Of a DNA stretch of 64,000 nt, positions 1-10,045 are shown in pieces. The position numbers were made by a program, and so were the translations under genes. The stretch spans positions 3,136,001 to 3,200,000 of the forward strand of contig OY969811.1 in the NCBI GenBank assembly GCA_963703315.1, given 5' to 3'. Positions within the stretch are counted from its first letter, which is position 1, and each line of letters opens with the position of its first letter. The notes beneath the pieces were generated by a model. The model was given only the letters and a program-made list of their open reading frames with translations. It did no database searches and had not been told where the DNA came from. This stretch comes from an uncultured cyanobacterium (GTDB taxonomy: Bacteria > Cyanobacteriota > Cyanobacteriia > Pseudanabaenales > Pseudanabaenaceae).

Positions 1-936
1 ATCATTTCTCCTTTGCGAACCTTAGGATTTGCGCTCCAGTTACTCAGATTAGCGATCGCCCAAAAGCCAGATTTGGTGATCATGACCCATCTTAATTTTG
101 CGCCGATTGCCTTCCTTCTCAAAAAAATAATTGGCACAAAATATATAGCGATCGCTCATGGGATCGAAGCATGGCAGATTCAAAGTCTATTACTCAAAAC
201 ATCTCTGCAATCAGCAGATCTAATTCTGGCAGTCAGTAATTTTACTCGCGATCGCCTCTGTCAGGAGCAAGGTTTATCACTAGATCAGGTCAGAATTCTG
301 CACAATACCTTTGATGCTACAGCTTGGGAAATCGCTTCTAAACCCCAATATTTACTCGAAAAATACGGTTTACGTCCCGAACAAAAAATCATTCTCACCG
401 TCTCGCGTCTAGTCAAGTCAGAACAATACAAGGGCTACGATCGCCTCTTAGAAGCTTTACCGATTATTCGTCAGACTTTTCCTGATGTGCATTACATCAT
501 TGTTGGTAAAGGTAGCGATCGCGATCGGATTGAGCAAATTATCAAGCAAAAAAATCTTCAAAATTATGTCACCCTCACAGGATTTGTTCCAGATAATGAT
601 TTATGCGATTACTATAATCTCTGTGATTTATTCGCGATGCCCAGCAAAAGGGAAGGATTTGGCATCGTCTATTTAGAAGCCCTAGCTTGCGGTAAACCTG
701 TCATTGCGGGCAATCTTGACGGAGCCGTTGATGCTCTGTGCCAAGGTGATTTAGGTGTATTGATTAATCCAGACAATCATCAAGAAATAGCTGAGACGAT
801 CACCAAGATTTTACTCAAAAAATATGATCATCCAATGATTTATCAGCCTGAGATACTACGACAGAAGGCTATTGATACCTTCGGATTTGAGAAGTTTCAG
901 CAAATTCTATCTAGTTATCTAACAACTCTCGTGTGA
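1..936 (+). CDS. Glycosyltransferase family 4 (GT-B), 5'-partial
   Basis: Frame is open from base 1; contains the GT4 motif EGFGIVYLEALACGKPVI and KGYD. Confidence 0.9.
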   Translation: MISPLRTLGFALQLLRLAIAQKPDLVIMTHLNFAPIAFLLKKIIGTKYIAIAHGIEAWQIQSLLLKTSLQSADLILAVSNFTRDRLCQEQGLSLDQVRILHNTFDATAWEIASKPQYLLEKYGLRPEQKIILTVSRLVKSEQYKGYDRLLEALPIIRQTFPDVHYIIVGKGSDRDRIEQIIKQKNLQNYVTLTGFVPDNDLCDYYNLCDLFAMPSKREGFGIVYLEALACGKPVIAGNLDGAVDALCQGDLGVLINPDNHQEIAETITKILLKKYDHPMIYQPEILRQKAIDTFGFEKFQQILSSYLTTLV

Positions 937-982
937 GGAAGTGATGATGTCCTACGATCCTCGCAGGACATCATCACTTCCT
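935..982 (+). terminator. Long hairpin right after the glycosyltransferase stop
   Basis: aggaagtgatgatgtcct ... aggacatcatcacttcct is a perfect inverted repeat. Confidence 0.5.
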
Positions 983-1077
983 ATAGCAATAATTGAAAAC
1001 CCAAAAGATTGATAGCGGCGCTTTGCGCCGCTATCAATCTTTTGGGTTTTATGTCCTAAGCAAAACTTACATTGATA
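982..1077. repeat. MITE-like repeat, family B (TATAGC ends, internal GCGGCGC hairpin)
   Basis: Starts tatagcaat; internal palindrome aaaacccaaaagattgatagcggcgc-ttt-gcgccgctatcaatcttttgggtttt; relatives at 7650, 17193, 19329, 34039 and 61418. Confidence 0.65.
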
Positions 1078-1165
1078 AGTAGCTAAGCGCAATTAAATAT
1101 AAAACCCCAAAACCTATGGCGCACGCTGCGCGTGCGCCACAGGTTTTGGCTCTGGTTTTTAATTA

Positions 1166-2003
1166 GGTAATGTGTCACATTTGTTGGAGCGTTCAATGGG
1201 ATTGAAACGAAAACTCATATCTGTTGATAAACAGACCAATGACAATATCATGCATCACAATCGATTTAGAAAAGCAAATCGTCTTTCTAGCTAAACGCTT
1301 AATCCTCGTTCTCAAAGTTAGATGCTTTCGTTCAATCTTCTGAGTATTTTTCTTGCCGATTAGGTGAGTGTGAGGATCAAGAATCCTTTCGTATGCACCC
1401 CATGCATCGGTGAAAAAATGCTTGATTCCAAACGGTTTTAGCAAATTCACGAGCTTAACCAAGGCTTCATCTTTATGCGGAGCTAAAACATAAGCTAAGA
1501 CCCTTCCAGTCACATGATCAATAGCGTGCCACAGCCATCTTTGCTGTTTCTTGCTGCCAACAAAACTCCACATCTCATCCATTTCTGCTTCTTCTACTTG
1601 ATAAAGGTCAACATCAAGCGTTTCTATGTCAAGTTGCTCTAGCAGAGAATAGTTTACAGATTCGATGTCTTCCTCTTTTTTTTTAACTCTTTGATGACAG
1701 TATTCGGACTAATCTTTAATACTCGACTTGTATCTCTAATGCCACTGCCATTGACCGCCATTTCTGACACTTGCTCTTTTACTTCTGGACGATACCCTTG
1801 ATAGGTGTAATCAAGAATAAACGTCTTTCGCATACATTCTATGTTTAAGCAAATGTATCGTTTTTTACCTGTGGCACTTTGTCCATGTCGGTGGATGTTT
1901 ACACCTCCGCAGGTTGGACATTCGACTACTTCAAATACCATCTTTTTTTCCTACTTATTCTTACCCTTGTTACTATACCTTCCAACAAGTCTGACACATT
2001 ACC
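1166..2003 (-). mobile_element. IS1-family insertion sequence, 838 bp
   Basis: Terminal inverted repeats ggtaatgtgtcacatttgttgga and tccaacaagtctgacacattacc; 9-bp target duplication ttttaatta at 1157-1165 and 2004-2012. Confidence 0.95.
1193..1941 (-). CDS. insAB: IS1 transposase InsAB, probably made by a -1 programmed frameshift (InsA 1654-1941, InsB frame to 1193)
   Basis: InsA has a zinc finger (CPTC...C..C) and HTH; InsB has DEMWSFVGSK, TDAW and IERKHLTLR. An A9 run (T9 at 1676-1684 on +) sits at the overlap and the -1 frame is open into InsB. Confidence 0.9.
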
Positions 2004-2049
2004 TTTTAATTATGCCCAGCTACTTATAGATTGCGATCTGGCTCATGTA

Positions 2050-2153
2050 ATACCAATTCACAAAAGTGTTGTCACACTTTTGTGAATTAAAAACCAAACC
2101 CAGTAAGGGTTTTTAAAACTAAAAATGGCGTAGCCATTTTTAGTTTTGGTATA
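2050..2153. repeat. MITE-like repeat with two hairpins (ataccaa...ttggtat ends)
   Basis: Hairpins aattcacaaaagtgt...acacttttgtgaatt and aaaactaaaaatggc...gccatttttagtttt; the second recurs near 33126 and 53334. Confidence 0.55.
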
Positions 2154-2212
2154 AGGGCGATCGCTTAGACTAGATTAAGAATTGTTAATCAGTCATAGCC
2201 AGTGTTGAGTAA

Positions 2213-3718
2213 ATGAAAGCGCAACAGAAAATAATTGTAGTCGGGGCGGGAATTGGCGGCTTAACGGCGGCGGCTTTGTTGGCAAAGCGTGGCTATGAAG
2301 TCATTGTTTATGACTTAGCTCTTGTGGCTGGAGGCTGTGCATCCACATTTAAACGGCGCGGCTTTACCTTTGATGTCGGTGCGACACAGGTGGCGGGATT
2401 GGAATCTGGCGGGATTCACGATCGCATTTTTAAGGAACTAGAAATAGAACTTCCTGAAGCGACGTATTGCGATCCTGCCTGTGCAGTATTTTTGCCGAAT
2501 GAGAGTGAACCGATTAATGTTTGGCGCGATCGCAATAAGTGGAAACTAGAACGACAAAGGCAATTCCCCAATAGCGAACCATTTTGGGGTTTTCTGGAAG
2601 ATCTATTTTGGCGAAGTTGGCGCTTTCAGTCCCGCGATCCAATTTTGCCACCACGCAATCTTTGGGATGCGTGGCAATTAGTTAAAGCTTTGCGAATCGA
2701 TACTTTAGCAACAGTTCCCTATACCTTCTCGACAGTAGGCGATGCTTTACGGGGTTTTGGATTAGCAAGTGATAAAAGATTACGCACATTCCTTGATTTG
2801 CAATTGAAGCTCTACTCACAGGTGAATGCGGAAGAAACAGCTTTACTTTATGCAGCAACGGCTTTAGCAGTTTCTCAAACTCCTTTAGGTCTATTCCATC
2901 TCAAGGGAAGTATGCAGGTATTAAGCGATCGCCTGATTGAGAGCATTGAGCGTGATGGCGGGAAGGTGTTGATGCAGCACCAAGTTATAGCGATCGCTAA
3001 TCAAGGTAAAAGTAAAAAGGTAAAAGTAAAAAATCTGCGATCGCAAGAGATTTTTGAAGATAGCGCTGATCACATCGTGGCGAATGTGACGGTAAATAAT
3101 TTTGTGCAGCTTTTAGGAGATTTAGCCCCAAGAAGCTACGCTCAACGGGTTAAAAACCTTAAGCCTGCTTCAGTGGCTTTTGTGGTTTATTTGGGAGTGG
3201 ATCGTGCTGCGATTCCTGAAGACTGTCCGCCGCATTTGCAATTTTTGGAAGCCTATGAAGATTCCCAAATTAATAAACCACATTCTCTATTTATTTCCGT
3301 TAGCAAGGAAGGAGATGGTCGCGCTCCCAATGGAAAAGCAACGATAATCGCTTCTGAATTTACCGATGCAGAAGTTTGGTATGGAGACGAAGATTATCAG
3401 GAACTCAAAAAAAGATTTACGGAACGGGCGATCGCGCAGTTAAGTACATATTTCCATCTCAATGAAGAGACAATTATTCATATCGAGGCTGCCACTCCAC
3501 AAACTTTTGAACGCTATACAGGACGCGATCGCGGCATTGTTGGCGGTGTGGGAATGCGTGTTTCTACCTTTGGTCCCTTTGGTTTCGCTAATCGCACCCC
3601 ACTCAAAAATATTTGGCTAGTCGGTGACTCTACGCATCCCGGAGAAGGAACCGCAGGTGTGAGTTATTCGGCAATGACCGTAGTTAGACAGATCGAGCAA
3701 GCATCACGATCACAATGA
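2213..3718 (+). CDS. crtD: Carotenoid C-3',4' desaturase (myxoxanthophyll pathway)
   Basis: FAD motif GAGIGG; FDVGATQVAGLESGGIH and GDSTHPGEGTAGVSYSA match cyanobacterial CrtD. Confidence 0.85.
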   Translation: MKAQQKIIVVGAGIGGLTAAALLAKRGYEVIVYDLALVAGGCASTFKRRGFTFDVGATQVAGLESGGIHDRIFKELEIELPEATYCDPACAVFLPNESEPINVWRDRNKWKLERQRQFPNSEPFWGFLEDLFWRSWRFQSRDPILPPRNLWDAWQLVKALRIDTLATVPYTFSTVGDALRGFGLASDKRLRTFLDLQLKLYSQVNAEETALLYAATALAVSQTPLGLFHLKGSMQVLSDRLIESIERDGGKVLMQHQVIAIANQGKSKKVKVKNLRSQEIFEDSADHIVANVTVNNFVQLLGDLAPRSYAQRVKNLKPASVAFVVYLGVDRAAIPEDCPPHLQFLEAYEDSQINKPHSLFISVSKEGDGRAPNGKATIIASEFTDAEVWYGDEDYQELKKRFTERAIAQLSTYFHLNEETIIHIEAATPQTFERYTGRDRGIVGGVGMRVSTFGPFGFANRTPLKNIWLVGDSTHPGEGTAGVSYSAMTVVRQIEQASRSQ

Positions 3719-3896
3719 TATAAATGCTAAAATCGACTACCAAACTCTAAAACCTGTGACGCACGCACAGCGTGCGCCACAGGTTTTAAAGTTGTTAAAT
3801 ATTTTGTTAAAAGTTTTGTAAAGCAACACTGTTAACAAAAATATTGCGATTTGTTTGATATTAAAGTGCTGTAGGGTTTATTTGAGGGTCTTGCTC

Positions 3897-4319
3897 GTGA
3901 ATGCAGCCGAACAAGCTAGAAATGTCGAAGTTGCGACAAAAATTGCCACGATTGTGAATTTGTTTAAAAACATTTATCCTGCTGCACGTTCTGACCTCAA
4001 ACCTTGGCTAAATAATGCGGATACGCGAAGATTGCTTGATCCAGACTCAATCGATGTTAGCTTTCATTTTCCGGGAGTAAGTTGGCGGCTCAAGGTTCGC
4101 AGCATTCTCTTTCAGATTCGGCTCTATGAAGATCCTGTGGATGGCGATTTACGGGCGATTGGGATTGAGGCGAGTGGACATGACTATAAGGGCGAACGTT
4201 GGCGCTTTTCGACGGTAGAAAATTGGCAATTTTTCGGTGATAAGTTACCGATGGATGATGGAGCCGAAAACCTACGTGAGTTTAGCCGCCAAACTTTAGA
4301 AATTTTCAATCGCAGATAA
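3897..4319 (+). CDS. Hypothetical protein (likely GTG start at 3897)
   Basis: ORF 3855-4319; the protein-like part begins VNAAEQARNVEVATKIA; ends at a palindrome shared with the convergent gene. Confidence 0.65.
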   Translation: MNAAEQARNVEVATKIATIVNLFKNIYPAARSDLKPWLNNADTRRLLDPDSIDVSFHFPGVSWRLKVRSILFQIRLYEDPVDGDLRAIGIEASGHDYKGERWRFSTVENWQFFGDKLPMDDGAENLREFSRQTLEIFNRR

Positions 4320-4346
4320 TTGCGGCGCAAAGCGCCGCAATTATCT
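4314..4346. terminator. Perfect palindrome between convergent genes (possible bidirectional terminator)
   Basis: agataattgcggcgc-aaa-gcgccgcaattatct. Confidence 0.65.
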
Positions 4347-4887
4347 ATAACTTCTCAATGCCATGATCGAGAACTTCGTAATAAAGTGGTAAATATCCTG
4401 ATTTGATACCACCATCTTCCCTCGCTTTATCTAAGTTACCGCGCAGGGTATGACTATTGTGAACGCTGTAAATCTCATAGAGATCGCCGATAAATACATA
4501 GTCAGCCACATCAGTAAACTCTTCGCCCTTGACTAGTTGCCAGCGATCGTTCACATAGACAAAGTGATAATCTGCCAAGTCTGGACTAGATGAGGGACGC
4601 TCGACAGCGGCAGAAATTTCGGCAGTGTAGTGAGGATTTTTGTCTGTGGGAGGAATAACTTTGCTGGTGACATTGCGATAGAAGCAGCTTTCGTTATAGC
4701 AAAATCGCAACTTTGCCATTTTGTTTTTAATCAGTTCAAAGCGATCGATGATCTGATTAGAGCTAGGCTCATTTTCCGCCGATACATTGGGGACAAATGT
4801 GTTAGTGAAAGTTATGCCAAGACAAATCACACACATCAGGAATATCGTGGCAAGCGATCGCCACTGTTTGCTAGTCATAAAATTCAT
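4345..4887 (-). CDS. Hypothetical exported protein
   Basis: 180-aa ORF with an N-terminal hydrophobic segment ending near VSA-E. Confidence 0.6.
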   Translation of the reverse strand: MNFMTSKQWRSLATIFLMCVICLGITFTNTFVPNVSAENEPSSNQIIDRFELIKNKMAKLRFCYNESCFYRNVTSKVIPPTDKNPHYTAEISAAVERPSSSPDLADYHFVYVNDRWQLVKGEEFTDVADYVFIGDLYEIYSVHNSHTLRGNLDKAREDGGIKSGYLPLYYEVLDHGIEKL

Positions 4888-4956
4888 ATTTAAAACAGTT
4901 TAATATAACTTAATAATATCCTTTGATTCTAACGATTTAGCAGATCTTTTGATCAC

Positions 4957-5011
4957 AAAACCCAAAAAGAAAGGTGCGGCGCGAAGCGCCGCACCTTTCT
5001 TTTTAGGTTTT
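4957..5011. terminator. Core-GCGGCGC palindrome / terminator
   Basis: aaaaagaaaggtgcggcgc-gaa-gcgccgcacctttcttttt immediately after the Uma2 stop. Confidence 0.6.
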
Positions 5012-5679
5012 TAAAACAAATCTTTGACAGCAATTTGCCCAAATTCGCGATCGCCTGTTTCGTCTTTCAAATTCACATTTACCAATTCTGTCTCAGCCAA
5101 GATTTGGGACTGCTGATATTTTGGTTCCTGATTTTCACGATCAGAAATCGGTTCTGTATAAACTTCCAATTGCCGATCGCGTAAATTGAGAATCCAATAA
5201 ATCGGAATCCCTGACCTTGCATAAATTCTTTGTTTAAAAGTGCGATCGCGTTCTAAAGTTGCATCAGAAATTTCAATCACTAAAGCAACTGCCTTTGCAT
5301 CAGGATGGCGATTGCGGTAGTCAGTAGTTTTGCCACGAATTACCACTACATCAGGTTCAGGCTCGCTATCACTGAGGCTGATTGGTTCCTGCGAGTCTAC
5401 ATACCAACCTTCAGGAATAATTTGCTCTAGTGCTTGCCGTATCAGTTTAGTGCTAATGCGATGTGGTGGATTTTTGGTCATTTTGGCAATTAATAAACCT
5501 TCTAGCAGTTCCAGTTGATCATCTTCATCAAGTATGCCTGCTTGCTCCATCCTGTGATATTGCGCGACCGTCATCCGCCAATATTGGTCAGTTTGATCAG
5601 CCGAAATCTTGGCTTCCGTTGCGATATTGACTTCAGGATTAGCAGTTGCGGTGGTGGCTAATTCAGCGATCGCGCTCAT
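5011..5679 (-). CDS. Uma2 family (PD-(D/E)XK) endonuclease-like protein
   Basis: ELLEG, EPEPDVVV, LVIEISDAT...DR and YARSGIPIYWILNL motifs. Confidence 0.9.
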   Translation of the reverse strand: MSAIAELATTATANPEVNIATEAKISADQTDQYWRMTVAQYHRMEQAGILDEDDQLELLEGLLIAKMTKNPPHRISTKLIRQALEQIIPEGWYVDSQEPISLSDSEPEPDVVVIRGKTTDYRNRHPDAKAVALVIEISDATLERDRTFKQRIYARSGIPIYWILNLRDRQLEVYTEPISDRENQEPKYQQSQILAETELVNVNLKDETGDREFGQIAVKDLF

Positions 5680-5748
5680 AGTTAACTCTGGGTTAATCTG
5701 TTCTATTGTCAGAATAACAAAAAGGCAGTGATTTGCACTGCCTTTTTG

Positions 5749-7443
5749 TTAATTCATGTTTTGGAAAGCGGCAAAGGGAAGGGCGGCGGCGATCGCCTTG
5801 GGCATTGCACCTGTTAAGGTTTTTAGAGCCATATCCCATAGTTTCGCAGGTTCGATATCAGCGCTAATCATTTGCCAGATTCGCATTAATTCTTCAGTAT
5901 GCAAACGATTATCTTCAGTCAGAGCTAGCAAAATACGGCGGCGGATATATTCACCATCTTTGGAAGTTAAGAACTTGAAGCCCATGCTCGCGGTGGGGAT
6001 AATATCAAACTGACCATCGGATTTGGCGATCGCTAATAAGTTCTCCAATCTTGACCACTGGAATTTATCATCTTTAAAGAGAACTTCCAATAATCTTGAC
6101 CTTAGACTGTCAGACTCATCAGTAAGCAATCTTCGCGCTACATAAGGATAGGCAACCTGCACAATCCGAAATTCAGGGTTGAGGCTGAGGGCAACACCTT
6201 CTTGAGTAATCACCGAGCGAATGATGAGTGCGAACTTAGCTGGTAAACAGAAGGGATAGTCATACATCACCTTCGAGAAGCGATCGGTCACGACCTTGAA
6301 GTTGAAGTCTTTGACTTTTTCCGACATGATATCGCCTAGCACCGATTCGAGGGCATTCACAATCGGCTTCATTTCAATATCTGGCTGCAAGAACCCAAGT
6401 CTCACATAGTCCTGTCCCAACTCGTCATAGTCTTTATTGAGCAAATGAACTACTGAATCCACTAATTGCTCTTTGGTTTCTAGATCCAATTGATCCATCA
6501 TCCCAAAATCAATATATGCCATCTTGCCATCATAGGTAGCAAAGAGATTTCCAGGGTGCGGGTCGGCATGGAAAAAGCCAAATTCTAGAAGTTGGCGTAA
6601 GCCAGACATGACACCGATTCTGACGAGATTATCGGTATTCAGTCCTGCGGATTTAATTTGTTCAATTTCATTGAGCTTGATGCCGTTAATCCATTCTAAG
6701 GTCAAGACTTTATGAGTGCTGTACTGACGGTATATCGATGGAACCTTAACATCGGGATCATTCTTGAAATAACCTGCGAACCTTTCTGCATTGGTAGCTT
6801 CATGGGCATAGTCAATTTCTTCAAACAATTTCAAGCCAAATTCATCAACGATCGCTTCTAAACTATTGCCAAGATTGAGGGGTAAAATCGGACTAACCCA
6901 GCCAGCTAGCAACCGTAAAATAAATAAGTCCAGAGTCAAGGTCGGAATCAATTTAGGACGCTGCACTTTTACCGCAACTTCTTCGCCTGAATATAGGGTT
7001 GCTTTATAAACTTGTCCTAAACTCGCTGCCGCAACAGGATCTTCAGAAATATTGCGATAAACCGTCTGAACGGGCTTACCTAATTCTGACTCAATAATCT
7101 CAAAAGCCTCTGTATTAGAAAATGGTGGTAACTGATCTTGGAGCTTGGTTAGCTCTTCTAAAAAGTCCACACGCACTAAGTCGGGTCTTGTGGATAAAGC
7201 CTGTCCGACCTTGATATAGGTAGGACCAAGAGCCGTAATAATTTGCCGTAAACGCTCGGCTAGTTTTGGCTGACTAACTGTGTTACCAGTCAGGACATCC
7301 CAACCAAAGGCTAGTCCAAAACTCAAAGCAAAATAAATTATTTTAAAAATTCGACCAATCGCTAACCAAGGACGACGACCGTAATATTCGGCATTGGCTT
7401 TGGCATCATAGCGATTTAGCTCTTCTAGGGGATGCTGACTCAC
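5749..7443 (-). CDS. ABC1/AarF/UbiB atypical kinase
   Basis: LGPTYIKVGQ, AAASLGQVY, VAVKVQRP, FFHADPHPGN and DFG motifs. Confidence 0.95.
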   Translation of the reverse strand: MSQHPLEELNRYDAKANAEYYGRRPWLAIGRIFKIIYFALSFGLAFGWDVLTGNTVSQPKLAERLRQIITALGPTYIKVGQALSTRPDLVRVDFLEELTKLQDQLPPFSNTEAFEIIESELGKPVQTVYRNISEDPVAAASLGQVYKATLYSGEEVAVKVQRPKLIPTLTLDLFILRLLAGWVSPILPLNLGNSLEAIVDEFGLKLFEEIDYAHEATNAERFAGYFKNDPDVKVPSIYRQYSTHKVLTLEWINGIKLNEIEQIKSAGLNTDNLVRIGVMSGLRQLLEFGFFHADPHPGNLFATYDGKMAYIDFGMMDQLDLETKEQLVDSVVHLLNKDYDELGQDYVRLGFLQPDIEMKPIVNALESVLGDIMSEKVKDFNFKVVTDRFSKVMYDYPFCLPAKFALIIRSVITQEGVALSLNPEFRIVQVAYPYVARRLLTDESDSLRSRLLEVLFKDDKFQWSRLENLLAIAKSDGQFDIIPTASMGFKFLTSKDGEYIRRRILLALTEDNRLHTEELMRIWQMISADIEPAKLWDMALKTLTGAMPKAIAAALPFAAFQNMN

Positions 7444-7548
7444 GCTGTTAAATACCTTTTTTATATCCCATTCAAACTATCAGTATACAAAACTACATAA
7501 AATAGTTGTAATAATTTTTAAAGAGTTGCCGTAATTTTCATGCTTTCT

Positions 7549-7652
7549 TAAGTAGCTGGGCGCAATTAAATACAAAACCCAAAAACCTGTAGTGTACGCT
7601 GCGCGTGAGCCACAGGTTTTCACTCTGGTTTTTAATTATGCCCAGATACTTA
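7549..7652. mobile_element. MITE family A, full copy
   Basis: Ends taagtagctgggcgcaatta and taattatgcccagatactta, with internal aaacctgt...acaggttt hairpin. Confidence 0.8.
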
Positions 7653-7759
7653 GCAATATCATTCGCAGTGAGTAGTTCCAGTCTTGTTAAAAACCAGAAG
7701 CGAGTGGCGGCGCTTTGTGCCGCCACTCGCTTCTGGTTTTGGGTTCGGGGACAGCTATA
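7650..7759. repeat. MITE-like family B copy abutting family A
   Basis: tagca...gctata ends; hairpin aaaaccagaagcgagtggcggc...gccgccactcgcttctggtttt. Confidence 0.55.
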
Positions 7760-7798
7760 AAAAACTATTTTTGTGGTGCGGCTTTACTGCGCCATAAA

Positions 7799-9685
7799 TT
7801 AAGAGTTTGGGCGGATAAATTTTTGGATGCCAGTTGGTAAGTTTTGACGCAACCAATCCTTGACTTGAGGGAATTGCATTGCAGCTAAGCCACTACCCAA
7901 AATTAAAGCAACTAAAATCAAGATGATAATAAAAGCGCTATTAGTTTGCTTTGGTACTGCGAATTCCGTTTTGGCTGAATCTGGATCATCATCACTGATG
8001 TTAGATCCGAGATCTTCGGGGATTTCTGAATCTATGGATGTTAATGCGAGAGCGCCTGCTGGATCTTCAGCATCAGTCTTAATTCCTTCAGTATCGATAT
8101 CTTCTTCAATATTCTCAATAGTTGTAGAGATGTTACCTTCACTGACTTGATTTTCATCCGCATCGGCGGGGGCAAAGCGGCAGCGCATCAGGGCAACCGT
8201 AATATTGTCATGTCCATTTAGCTTATTTGCCTGATCGATCAAATCCTGACAACTGCGATCAAGGGGCTTATGATCATTCAAAACTGGCATTAAATAATCA
8301 TCACAAATTTGTTCGACGCGATCAAAATCGCTGAGACCATCTGAACAAAGTAGTAATACACAATCTTCATCAATCAAAAACCTTTGCACTCTTGGCACAA
8401 GCATATCTGATGATCTTGTGCCTAATGCCTGAATCAAAGCCCCGCCATCAATACGTTGGGAGGAATAAGCATAGAAGTTATAGCCGAGGGTGGTTTCGCG
8501 AGTAGCGACATCATCATCGAGGGTGACTTGACGCAAATTATCTTTGGTAATGCAATAGAGGCGGCTGTCTCCCACGTGGACGACGTAAACCTCATTGCTC
8601 ATCTTGCCGTGAGGACGTGGCATCACAGTCATCACCAGAGTGGTTCCCATGCGTTGTTGAGCATGACGTTGCTGTTGGTCATTAATCGCCACAATTTGAT
8701 TATTGACAACGCGAGTCACCATTTCTAGTTGGGCGATAAAACCTTGGGCGGAGAAGTCTGGATCGTTTTCAGCTTGATGTAATAAAGTTTTTAGCTGTTG
8801 TTCGAGGGTCTTGATTGCCAGTGAACTGGCTACTTCACCGCCTTCATGTCCGCCCAGACCATCACAGACGATCGCTAAGCGATCTCGTAAACTATCCGCC
8901 TGCTCGGTGCGTTTTTGACGCTTAATGTCAGGATAGCAAGCATCTTCGTTATGTTCTCGCTGCTGTCCTACATCGGTGGCACTGACGATGCGTACGGTGA
9001 GGGGTTGCTCCTCCATGATTTTGAGGGACATCTGATCGAGATAGGCGATCGCACTATTTACGTCATAGTCACCACGTCCCAAACTATAGAAAAACTCTGC
9101 GATCGGTTCGGCAATTTCAGGCTGAGCATGATCGAGCCACTGTACCCAAATATCGCCTAGTTGTGCTATCTGGACGGCGGCAACATCGGCTTGCAATTCC
9201 AGTAAGCGTACCCACATCCCATCGACACGTACCAATTTTGGCTCGATTAAGGTGCGAGTCATGTTTTGTTCAGCAAGGGGCTGCCACAGATTTAAGACTT
9301 GCCAGAGTAAATTAATTTGCCTGAGTGCTGATGCTTCTGCCCATGCTTCGGCTAAGGTTGGGCAAAGATTACCTTGACGATCAATCGGTACATTTTCTAA
9401 TAAAAATACTTCAGAAAGATTTAGCTCTTCTCCCAGTAGTAGCAAACCATAGGGGCGTGGTAAATGGAGGCTTAGCCGCGAAAGTTTCAGATAAGATACT
9501 ACATAGGTCTGAAATTCAAGGGGCAACTCAGGTAGTGTGAAAGCATCGGTATCCACAACTATTTGTGAGGACAGGACACGGTAGCGATCGCCAAGCAGGG
9601 ATTCGGGTGGAAATGCTTCGGTGTCTAATCCGACTGCCCAAAGATATTGCTGTTCAACTGCCGTAGCTTGCTCTTGTTTTTCCAT
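7799..9685 (-). CDS. PP2C/PPM Ser/Thr protein phosphatase with N-terminal extension and C-terminal TM
   Basis: TDVG..R..NED, VCDGLGGH..GEVAS, MGTT, HVGDSR, CSDGL and GHDN motifs; hydrophobic helix near the C-terminus. Confidence 0.9.
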   Translation of the reverse strand: MEKQEQATAVEQQYLWAVGLDTEAFPPESLLGDRYRVLSSQIVVDTDAFTLPELPLEFQTYVVSYLKLSRLSLHLPRPYGLLLLGEELNLSEVFLLENVPIDRQGNLCPTLAEAWAEASALRQINLLWQVLNLWQPLAEQNMTRTLIEPKLVRVDGMWVRLLELQADVAAVQIAQLGDIWVQWLDHAQPEIAEPIAEFFYSLGRGDYDVNSAIAYLDQMSLKIMEEQPLTVRIVSATDVGQQREHNEDACYPDIKRQKRTEQADSLRDRLAIVCDGLGGHEGGEVASSLAIKTLEQQLKTLLHQAENDPDFSAQGFIAQLEMVTRVVNNQIVAINDQQQRHAQQRMGTTLVMTVMPRPHGKMSNEVYVVHVGDSRLYCITKDNLRQVTLDDDVATRETTLGYNFYAYSSQRIDGGALIQALGTRSSDMLVPRVQRFLIDEDCVLLLCSDGLSDFDRVEQICDDYLMPVLNDHKPLDRSCQDLIDQANKLNGHDNITVALMRCRFAPADADENQVSEGNISTTIENIEEDIDTEGIKTDAEDPAGALALTSIDSEIPEDLGSNISDDDPDSAKTEFAVPKQTNSAFIIILILVALILGSGLAAMQFPQVKDWLRQNLPTGIQKFIRPNS

Positions 9686-10045
9686 GAAGGTTATTAATCG
9701 CTTGCCAAACTTAGTGGGGGATATAGTGAAAAGCTTAGGTAGATCTGAAAATAACAGGGTTACCTGAAAGTAACAGTATTAAACGTTTAGTCCATTTCTT
9801 CAAGAGACATTTGGCTATTGTAGCGAAACAAACCCAAGCTCATAGATATTAACTTATTGCCAGATTTCTCTAAAATTTAGTTATGGTAGTGACTATGCTG
9901 CTAATTAGCAAGAGTTAAACTTAACAACAAAACTGGAATACCTATTTTTTCTTCCATTTATTTTTCGATTTAATTTTCCGATTTAATTTTTGATTTTATA
10001 AAACCTCTTTTTCAATCCTTTAAATTTATTTCACTACTACATCCT

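Larger units (their letters stand above)
1076..2026. mobile_element. MITE family A (~105 bp, taagtagct...agctactta ends) split by an IS1 insertion
   Basis: 1076-1165 joined to 2013-2026 rebuilds the element seen intact at 7549-7652 and 18753-18853. Confidence 0.85.

Noticed and set aside
5011..5679. Uma2 proteins (also 55718-56377) as a restriction system
   Set aside because: Uma2 genes are highly multicopy in cyanobacteria and here have no linked methyltransferase or specificity gene.
9686..10045. CIRCE operator upstream of hrcA
   Set aside because: No TTAGCACTC-N9-GAGTGCTAA match; only low-complexity ttttcgatttaa-type repeats.
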